Shown one piece after another: positions 1 to 6,500 of a stretch of 22,636 nt of DNA (position 1 is its first letter; each line of letters starts with the position of its first letter). Location of the stretch: positions 1-22,636 of the IMG/VR virus record IMGVR_UViG_2740892230_000001, one strand, 5' to 3'. Source of the DNA: a virus (lineage: Duplodnaviria; Heunggongvirae; Uroviricota; Caudoviricetes). Below the pieces are notes generated by a model, which was not told the DNA's origin, ran no database searches, and was given only the letters and a program-made list of their open reading frames with translations. Made by a program: the position numbers and the translations under genes.

Positions 1-34
1 GGTTCTTCTGACGGGCGGCGGCACAGGGATGTGC
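1..34. repeat. Left copy of a perfect 34-bp inverted repeat (partner at 1164-1197); the window starts inside it, so it may extend leftward
   Basis: 1-34 ggttcttctgacgggcggcggcacagggatgtgc is the exact reverse complement of 1164-1197. Read on the plus strand it ends a frame with GGG TTC TTC TGA, the same final codons and stop as the antirepressor gene. Confidence 0.8.
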
Positions 35-48
35 AAAACGAAACTATC

Positions 49-60
49 GTGACATGTCAC
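49..60. repeat. 12-bp perfect palindrome GTGACATGTCAC; the 14-mer tcgtgacatgtcac recurs at 21917-21930
   Basis: Direct reading; self-complementary; second identical copy about 21.9 kb away. Confidence 0.7.
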
Positions 61-78
61 AGGCCGCTTTCGCGGCCT
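61..78 (-). terminator. GC-rich stem-loop after the small secreted peptide gene (weak U-tract)
   Basis: AGGCCGC / GCGGCCT 7-bp stem with a 4-nt loop directly after the stop at 86-88; downstream T-run is poor, so terminator function is uncertain. Confidence 0.3.
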
Positions 79-85
79 TGTTCTT

Positions 86-247
86 TTAACGAATGCCACC
101 GCCGCCCGGGCGGGAATCCGCAGAACGCCCACCGCAGCGGGAGCCGTCAGCGGCAGTATCGCTGTCGTGCTGACAACGACCGGCAAAGGCCTGAGTTGAA
201 GCTACCAGAGACAACAAAACGAACAGTGCAGCAAATGCTTTTTTCAT
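86..247 (-). CDS. Small secreted peptide, 53 aa: predicted signal peptide MKKAFAALFVLLSLVASTQAFA, then a 31-aa Gly/Cys-rich mature part
   Basis: Internal Met of track ORF 86..352. Classic n/h/c signal peptide with AFA-G cleavage motif. The longer ORF start would read through the terminator hairpin at 320-339, so the MKK start is preferred. Confidence 0.35.
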   Translation of the reverse strand: MKKAFAALFVLLSLVASTQAFAGRCQHDSDTAADGSRCGGRSADSRPGGGGIR

Positions 248-260
248 TGTGAAATTTCCA

Positions 261-288
261 TCTATAAGCCACCTCAATGTGGCGTCAA
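261..288 (-). promoter_or_regulatory. Putative sigma70 promoter for the peptide gene (TTGACG-16-TATAGA) with an inverted repeat in the spacer
   Basis: Minus-strand TTGACG at 288-283 and TATAGA at 266-261; GCCAC..GTGGC inverted repeat at 268-283; very short leader. Confidence 0.3.
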
Positions 289-319
289 TGAGTGTAGCAC
301 TGACTTTTGTTTCGTCCAC

Positions 320-339
320 AAAAAAGCCCGCGCTGCGGG
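320..339 (-). terminator. Rho-independent terminator of the two-gene operon
   Basis: Minus strand reads GCCCGC-AGC-GCGGGC followed by TTTTT, immediately after the TAG stop at 340-342. Confidence 0.55.
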
Positions 340-885
340 CTATTCCTTCCATTTATCAGAAAAAAGATCTTCTTCTAAAGGCATTGGTTCTGTTTTTGTT
401 TTCTCAAAGAATTGATAACTGATAGTGATTGCTTCCTCTTTAAACTCTTCTTGCTCAGTTATGTTGTGAGCATCTGCGTCAACAAAAAACATAACCAGCG
501 CATCACGATTGTGATTTACCGAATAAACTAAAAAGCAATCACTTGTTGGTATGCATTTTACTTGTACAGACGCTATATTTTTCCATGCATCCCAAGATGA
601 TTTTTTACCAGTGTGTTTTTTATCACTATCTTCTGGAATATAGTCTTGGTTATCGACATGAGTATGCCTGACATTTAGTTTAAGCATTTCTGTCGGACGA
701 GCAAATGCAGCATCTTTACCAAGAGATGGATGGTATCCCGTTTTCCAATACTGGGTAAAGGCATCAGATACTTTCTTCAGCTCAAGATCAGATGCACAAA
801 GGGCCGAGAAATTTTGCGTATGCAACACTCGACCCTTATATCTGACAACTTGATTTTTATCATTCTGCGACGCAGACGAACTCAT
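340..885 (-). CDS. YafO-like toxin-family protein, 181 aa (candidate type II toxin / mRNA interferase)
   Basis: Track ORF 340..912 trimmed to the ATG at 885, which has an AAGGA SD. Segments KLNVRHTHVDN and FLVYSVNH..ALVMFFVDADAH resemble the recalled E. coli YafO pattern (V.H.HL.N ... HLVY ... LLIAIL..H). AT-rich gene with its own terminator. Confidence 0.45.
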   Translation of the reverse strand: MSSSASQNDKNQVVRYKGRVLHTQNFSALCASDLELKKVSDAFTQYWKTGYHPSLGKDAAFARPTEMLKLNVRHTHVDNQDYIPEDSDKKHTGKKSSWDAWKNIASVQVKCIPTSDCFLVYSVNHNRDALVMFFVDADAHNITEQEEFKEEAITISYQFFEKTKTEPMPLEEDLFSDKWKE

Positions 886-1039
886 AATTTTCCTTATTGT
901 TACGAGAATCAAAGAAAGCGCGGGATACGCGACTTGCGTGATCTTTTGTCATAGTAACTTTTACGTACTCTACGCTTCCATTGAAAGAACGTCTTGCGGC
1001 AGCTTGCGCTCTACGCATCTGCAATTTTTCGTTTCGCAT
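860..1039 (-). CDS. 59-aa ORF overlapping the toxin-like gene start by 26 nt; candidate antitoxin or regulator (absent from the ORF track, below the length cutoff)
   Basis: Hand translation: MRNEKLQMRRAQAAARRSFNGSVEYVKVTMTKDHASRVSRAFFDSRNNKENYEFVCVAE, stop TGA at 860-862. GAGG SD 7 nt upstream of the ATG at 1039. Small upstream overlapping gene is the usual antitoxin position. Confidence 0.35.
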   Translation of the reverse strand: MRNEKLQMRRAQAAARRSFNGSVEYVKVTMTKDHASRVSRAFFDSRNNKENYEFVCVAE

Positions 1040-1113
1040 GACATTACCTCATATCTCATAAGTTCATTACACGGATTAATAAAAATGAAACCAATCCGTT
1101 TACCCTTGAGGTA

Positions 1114-1142
1114 ATAGTACGCTATTCACCCACAGTCTGCAA
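1114..1142 (-). promoter_or_regulatory. Putative sigma70 promoter of the toxin-antitoxin-like operon (TTGCAG-17-TACTAT)
   Basis: Minus-strand -35 at 1142-1137 and -10 at 1119-1114. A 9-bp inverted repeat TGAGGTAAT (1107-1115) / ATTACCTCA (1043-1051) overlaps the -10 and the SD. Confidence 0.3.
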
Positions 1143-1163
1143 TCTGTACAGAATTATTTAAAG

Positions 1164-1197
1164 GCACATCCCTGTGCCGCCGCCCGTCAGAAGAACC
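1164..1197. repeat. Right copy of the 34-bp inverted repeat; overlaps the last three codons and stop of the antirepressor gene and contains the hairpin GGCACA-GGGA-TGTGCC
   Basis: Exact reverse complement of 1-34. The hairpin is followed on the minus strand by TTTAAATAATT, a possible terminator for the antirepressor gene. Confidence 0.8.
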
Positions 1198-2131
1198 CTG
1201 CTTTGTCGTTGATGTACTCCGCGTGCGTCTGGATATCACGCAGGCATTTGCTCACACCAACGATGTAACAGAACATGGTGGTCAGCTCCGCCGCCGCGCC
1301 CGATACATCGTGCCCGTCTTCCTGTAACTGGTTCAGCAGATTCATCAGCAGTGAGTTCTCCGTCAGACCGAGAACACCAGACGGAGAATGAATCAGACTG
1401 CGGTAGCCGGGCTTCAATGGATAACCATAACATTTTGTCTGTGTTTTAATTGCCTCACGAAGCGCATCTAACATCTTGACTGCCACTTCATCATTCTCTG
1501 ATGCAGATCCAGCAGGGAGATACTCCCCTTCAAGCGGAACCCGAGCAACAAGAGACAACGCTTCGGCAAATTGATCTTCACCAATTTCTTTGTACGAACA
1601 GCCAAAATGAGATTTCAGTGACGACCACATGGTGATCATCGCCTTAGCCTGTTTTTCTTTTGGCAGAGACTGACCGCGACTCATGACGAGTTGTTTAATG
1701 GCTTCCTGCTGTTCAGTTGTTATTTTACCCGGCAACGCCTTTTTAGCTTTGCGTGGGTTAACCACATGGCCTTTAGTCCAGTACTCGTAGAGCACATCGT
1801 CACACTCTTCCTGATACTGGATTACCTTGTCGCGGATTTCAGGGCGGACTTTGTTAGGGCTGATGGTTTGCAGCCAACCTGCAAGTTTGCGTAAAGCAAG
1901 ACAGATAACCAGACGACGCTGAGTATCACCGGGGAGCTGAATGGTCATTTCGACCATGCAGCTCTTAAAGCGTTGTTGCAACTTGCGGAACTGCGTTTTC
2001 CAGTCCAGCCCCATACCTTCAACGACTGGTTTCATTGGGGTGTATGGTTCGCCGTTATGATTGACAACATAAAGCTCTGCGCCGTGGAATGGCACGTTGA
2101 TAGTAGATACCGCTGTTGCTATACTCGTCAT
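1187..2131 (-). CDS. Phage antirepressor (Ant-like), 314 aa
   Basis: N-terminus NVPFHGAELYVVNHNGEPYTPMKPVVEGMGLDWKTQFRKL fits the phage antirepressor N-terminal family as I recall it. Lies directly downstream of an Arc-like gene as in P22 immI. AGGAA SD 7 nt upstream. Confidence 0.6.
   Translation of the reverse strand: MTSIATAVSTINVPFHGAELYVVNHNGEPYTPMKPVVEGMGLDWKTQFRKLQQRFKSCMVEMTIQLPGDTQRRLVICLALRKLAGWLQTISPNKVRPEIRDKVIQYQEECDDVLYEYWTKGHVVNPRKAKKALPGKITTEQQEAIKQLVMSRGQSLPKEKQAKAMITMWSSLKSHFGCSYKEIGEDQFAEALSLVARVPLEGEYLPAGSASENDEVAVKMLDALREAIKTQTKCYGYPLKPGYRSLIHSPSGVLGLTENSLLMNLLNQLQEDGHDVSGAAAELTTMFCYIVGVSKCLRDIQTHAEYINDKAGFF
2097..2125 (+). promoter_or_regulatory. Strong sigma70-like promoter on the antisense strand inside the 5' end of the antirepressor gene (TTGATA-17-TATACT)
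   Basis: TTGATA at 2097-2102, 17-nt spacer, TATACT at 2120-2125; predicted start near 2132, at the antirepressor start codon. Confidence 0.4.
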
Positions 2132-2206
2132 GTCGTTAATTCCTATACGTAGTTTTACGATACTGAAGCCCTGACGGTCTGGCCACCGTGGGGCTTCGCT
2201 GTTTTA
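2132..2206 (+). ncRNA. Predicted sar-like antisense RNA (about 70 nt) complementary to the antirepressor ribosome-binding site
   Basis: Promoter at 2097-2125, then stem GAAGCCC (2165-2171) / GGGCTTC (2191-2197) followed by GCTGTTTTA. Spans the antirepressor SD (complement of 2140-2144) and start codon. Same arrangement as the known P22 sar RNA. Confidence 0.35.
2181..2194. promoter_or_regulatory. Operator-like motif GGCCACCGTGGGGC between the Arc-like and antirepressor genes (second copy at 2386-2400)
   Basis: CCACCGTGGGGC is repeated exactly at 2183-2194 and 2389-2400; CACCGTG / CACGGTG also at 2413-2419 and 2439-2445. Confidence 0.4.
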
Positions 2207-2371
2207 TGCCACGCTATTCTTCTCACCAGTGAGTCCATACACTTTCCTCAGCTGATAGATAATCTCTGTATTGAACTTTCGGCATTCTTTTTCGCCATTT
2301 CTTTCAATAGCTAACTTCACATCGTCCGGAAAACGAACTCGTCGTTGACACATCTCTTTTGCTTTTTGCAT
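2204..2371 (-). CDS. Arc-like ribbon-helix-helix repressor, 55 aa
   Basis: Track ORF 2204..2392 trimmed to the ATG at 2371 with an AGGAGA SD. RVRFPDDVKLAIERNGEKECRKFNTEIIYQLRKVY follows the Arc pattern (FNLRWP..EVLDLV...NGRSVNSEIYQRV) recalled from P22. Confidence 0.55.
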   Translation of the reverse strand: MQKAKEMCQRRVRFPDDVKLAIERNGEKECRKFNTEIIYQLRKVYGLTGEKNSVA

Positions 2372-2385
2372 TTCATATCTCCTTA

Positions 2386-2400
2386 GCCCCACCGTGGGGC
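2386..2400. promoter_or_regulatory. Operator-like palindrome GCCCCACCGTGGGGC at the predicted start of the arc/ant transcript
   Basis: Sits between the -10 of the minus-strand promoter (2407-2412) and the Arc-like start codon (2371). Confidence 0.4.
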
Positions 2401-2406
2401 AAAATA

Positions 2407-2435
2407 ATTGTCACACCGTGCGTCATTGATGTCAA
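2407..2435 (-). promoter_or_regulatory. Putative arc/ant promoter (TTGACA-17-GACAAT) in the divergent intergenic region
   Basis: Minus-strand perfect -35 TTGACA at 2435-2430 and GACAAT at 2412-2407. A weaker divergent promoter for the Mnt-like gene may overlap it (TTGATG 2427-2432). Confidence 0.4.
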
Positions 2436-2491
2436 GCACACGGTGAGGCATACTTCAATCATTGCAAGTAACTCAATATTTGGTGAAGAAC

Positions 2492-2923
2492 ATGAGCAGA
2501 GAAGATCCACAACTAAGGATCAGACTTCCCGTTGAAGTAAAAGAAAAAATAGAAATTTCTGCAAAAGCCAATAAGCGATCAATGAACGCTGAAATAGTAC
2601 AACGTCTTGACACCAGCTTTCTGAAAGATATTCATGAAGATGACGTAATTTCTGCTTATGAAGCAAAAATTATTGCAAACAATGCACGACATGAAATATC
2701 AAATATTATTTTCAAAAGAACCTTTAATGAAATTAATAAGAAAATAACACTTGGACATACAAGTTTTTATATAAACCTTAATGACCTTGAACTGGAATCA
2801 CTTGCAGATAATGATTACCAGATCATCTTTGAAAAAACATTTAATAAGCTCAATGAACTAGGTTACATCATCTGTGAAAACTCATGGGATGCAGATGGTT
2901 TTGGAATTGAAATACCTGAATAG
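2492..2923 (+). CDS. Mnt-like repressor, 143 aa: N-terminal Arc/Mnt ribbon-helix-helix domain plus an unassigned C-terminal domain of about 95 aa
   Basis: MSREDPQLRIRLPVEVKEKIEISAKANKRSMNAEIVQRL closely parallels recalled P22 Mnt (MARDDPHFNFRMPMEVREKLKFRAEANGRSMNSELLQIV). ATG at 2492 has a GGTGA SD; the track start at 2462 is a TTG. Divergent from arc/ant as in immI. Confidence 0.6.
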   Translation: MSREDPQLRIRLPVEVKEKIEISAKANKRSMNAEIVQRLDTSFLKDIHEDDVISAYEAKIIANNARHEISNIIFKRTFNEINKKITLGHTSFYINLNDLELESLADNDYQIIFEKTFNKLNELGYIICENSWDADGFGIEIPE

Positions 2924-3013
2924 GAAGAACAAAAGGCGTGTACATATTACACGTCTTTAATACAATTGAAAAACGCCACATTACTGATGTATGTTACAAC
3001 AAGGAGCGATATT

Positions 3014-3577
3014 TTGAAAACCATATCTATATTAAAGGTTGCATTAGGCGTCGCTATTATTTTGACTCTCTCAATATTGTTTTATTTTTACCACAAAAAA
3101 ACTGCTATTGCTCTTGATGGTCACGCGGCAAACTCATTTTTCTCAGAGTACATAGTGCCGCTATCAGGAAGCGGTATAACAAATAAATATACTGACTATG
3201 ACATCAAATATGGAATTGATGATGGGGAGACTATTGTATTACATGTAATCATTAAAAACCTAATGACAGTAAATAAAAATACAGACTTCAACGATAAAAA
3301 TACAATACATCACAACAACAGCAAAACATTAATTTCTTATAGTAGCAACATCTATACGGATAAATACCTAAAATACATATCAGAAGATACAATAAAAGAA
3401 ACCCGCGAAAAGTTAAAAAACATATATTGTGCATCCGGCAGTTTTCACAAATTATCGCCGCAAGAGCGTTTATTCTACGAAGCAAGAAAACAACGTAAGT
3501 CAATAATATTACATTATTATGCTGATTCAGGGGAGTCACTCATATTTAATATTGGGGTTTCCCCTGAATCATGCTAA
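3014..3577 (+). CDS. Membrane-anchored protein, about 187 aa, N/K/Y-rich, unknown function (candidate superinfection-exclusion or abortive-infection factor)
   Basis: TTG start at 3014 with ideal AAGGAG SD 7 nt upstream (alternative starts ATG 2987, TTG 2966). N-terminal hydrophobic helix KTISILKVALGVAIILTLSILFYFY. Very AT-rich gene. Positional analogue of P22 sieA beside mnt. Confidence 0.5.
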   Translation: MKTISILKVALGVAIILTLSILFYFYHKKTAIALDGHAANSFFSEYIVPLSGSGITNKYTDYDIKYGIDDGETIVLHVIIKNLMTVNKNTDFNDKNTIHHNNSKTLISYSSNIYTDKYLKYISEDTIKETREKLKNIYCASGSFHKLSPQERLFYEARKQRKSIILHYYADSGESLIFNIGVSPESC

Positions 3578-3588
3578 AGGTGTTTAAC

Positions 3589-6500
3589 TCACCGCATCAC
3601 CGGATCCACCTGGTTTATTAGTGGCGCAATCCAGAACAGGTTATTGCCGGGTATCAGGGTTCGGACATTATGCACAATACGATCACCGGCATCACCATTC
3701 AACACTCCTGCGGTCACATCAATGATGCTATCCGCAAGACCAAATGACGGTCCGAATAGAGATCCTACGAATCCACGACTGGCATACCTAGACTGTGTGC
3801 CAGTGCCAAATAAAGCCCCCAGCCCAACAGCACCACCAGTAGCCTTTTCAGCCATGTTGTTATATTCCATCAATGGCCCAAGAATACCGGATCTATCTAT
3901 ACCCTCAAGCACCAGCTTCTCTGGTGACCAGTCAACATTTTTCCCTTTCGATGCTTCTTTTAGCGCATAGACCAGTGAGCCAAGAGCAATCTGAAATGCA
4001 GTGCCATAATAAAATTGCGCAGTTCCTTCCTGTAACCCACCAAGTAGCACACGGTTGTATGAAGCCGTTGTGAATGATTTAAACTGAAATATCGTTCGCC
4101 CCATTGGAGTACTCGCCCATAAAGGTGTGTCACCAATACCGGGGGTGATGATAGTGTTATTAACGTCTTTCAGAACCGCTGACTGGAATACTCCGGCAAC
4201 GTACTGATCGTCCCATTTATCAAAGTTACCAATGTGCCATCCATCAATTACCTCACCATGTTTCTCGAACTCACTGCGAATACGCGCAGCCATATTGTCG
4301 TTGATACCGAGTTTTGCCATGCGACGTGCAGAAAACGCACCAGACAAAATACCGTCTGACGTGAGCATTCCGTTCATGGATTTGTTTATGTCATTAAATC
4401 GATCCATGAGTGTCAGCTTGCCGAAGGCATCAGTAATTCGCTCCATTCCTGCTTCGACTGCTGTTGTCCTGGAAGAACTGTCAACAAGATCACCAATTGC
4501 ACGAGAACGTGAATGTAGTACAGCTTCCAATCCAATCCCCATCTTCAACATCTCTTCTTTGCTGGCCTTAAATGCCGGTGATTGGGATATCTGAGAAGCA
4601 TAGCCTTTCATGGTGTTACGGAAACCATTAACCATAACCCCTCTGGCCAGATCTGGAATAGCTGATACTGTCATTCCACCGAGTTTGGTCGTGAAGTTCA
4701 CATCCCGCAGAAAAGCGCCAGCACGAACAAAAAACGAAGACGGATCATCAGGCATACCATATGTACCAACAAGACGATCGCGTAATGCTGTTATGTCTCT
4801 GAGATCATTTGCTCTTGATTTTGAAAGTCTGGACTGTTCTTTCCGTAATTCCTTTTCGTACTTTCGCATTAATGAATCGAGTTTACCCTGAGGAACAACT
4901 TCACCATTGCTCTCATAACGTGCTTTCAGATTTGCCACACTTTCGTCATATTTCGCCTTTATTTTTTCAGGCACTTCCCGTAACAGACTGTCATATTCGT
5001 CCTCAATTAATTGCAGACGCTCAGTCATAGTTCGTTTGCCAAATGTTCTCGTCAACTCAATTTCTGCTGCCGCTTCACGGATATGACGTTGCAGCACGTA
5101 ATTCACATCACTTTCAAGATAATCCCTGATAAGACTATCAGGCACATTTAATGTTCTTTCTTTCGTACTACCTGCGGCTTTTACAGAAAATACGCTGACA
5201 AAATCCTGTGGAACCTTAGCACCAGTAATTTTATTAATTACGATATCCGCTGCAATTTCAGCATCCTCAGGATCCAGTGTTTTATTTCCTCTCGACCACC
5301 AGTCAACCAAAATACGTCGAAATTTATCGCGTTCACTGATTATTTTTCCAACTTTATATATACGTGGAAAATAGCTTGCCTGGCCTAATGCTTTCAGTTC
5401 TTCATCTGGCGGTAATAAACCAAGCTTTTGCATTTCAACCTTCACCCGATTTAATACAGTTCGCATCGCCTGCGCCGTTTCCTGAACAACAGGATTAGCA
5501 TGCACATCACCGCTTCGCATAGCATTCCCAACCTGCTGACGAAATGAATCAAAACTCATGTCACCACCATCAGCTTTATACTTTGCGTATGCCTGTTTAT
5601 TTCCGACAACAACAGCAGCTTCTTCACGCCGCCATCCACGTGTACGGGTTTCTACAGCTACCGGTGTTTCAATCCCCCTTTCATTTCCTTTAAGGGTGAA
5701 ATTATTTTCGGCTAACTCCAGCGTTGTTTTTCGCACTGTCTTGGACGGAGACTCCATTAACCTTGTCAAAGGAGTAAGATAGCTCCCTGCTTTCCATGCA
5801 GCCTTTCCAACCCACCCACCGGAAACAGGGGTTAAATCATCCAGAGTCGCTGTATCAATTTTCATAGCACCAACACTACCACCATCAGAAAGCGAAGCGG
5901 CAGCCCTGTCAGTCGCTGATGTAATGCTCATATTATCAAGAGCATCAGCAACCTCACGCGTGGCTGCAGCCCGGACGGATGGCGAAAGCGCAACACCAGC
6001 ACTGGCAAACACGCCGCTCATCATCGCACCCGCTGCAACGTGAGCGGCACTTTCACCCCATGAGCGTGTTATTTGCTGATTATTCAGCACAACCTCGCTT
6101 AATGCTGTACCGGCAGCACCAATCGCAATCTGTGAGCCAATACGCGCCAGTGCCCCTCCTTGAGCACCGGGGATAAACATTGACGCAACAGTAACCGGAT
6201 CCATTCCCGCAGCAATACTGGCAAGAGTTCCAACTACGCCAGCATCAGACAATAAACGTCTGTCTTCATTTTCATCATCTATCTGCTGCTTAATCCACGC
6301 CGTTTCCTCTGGCGATCGGGAATCTGCAAATTTCGCCCCCCAGTATTCATAACCGTGCAACTCATTTTTATCAGCATATGGGTTATAACCTTCGACCGGT
6401 TCAAACTGTCTGGCTGGTCGGAAAAAACCAGCCAGAATATTGTTCTGTCGCATTGCAGCCCCCCATACGGAAGGCTCCGGTGGCAATGGCTCAGGATTAG

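Noticed and set aside
31-252. Plus-strand 73-aa ORF at the left edge
   Set aside because: It overlaps, on the opposite strand, the small secreted-peptide gene and runs through the palindrome and hairpin. It has no SD and an Arg/Gln-rich composition typical of antisense reading of a GC-rich region.
248-352. N-terminal extension of track ORF 86..352 (MEGIARSAGFF...)
   Set aside because: The extension is produced by translating through the terminator hairpin at 320-339 (ARSAGFF is encoded by GCCCGCAGCGCGGGCTTTTT). The internal MKK start gives a canonical signal peptide instead.
1-1197. Insertion sequence or transposon bounded by the 34-bp inverted repeats
   Set aside because: Nothing between the repeats resembles a transposase or recombinase, and no flanking direct target duplication can be assessed because the left repeat is at the window edge. 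Kept only as one of several hypotheses in the finding.
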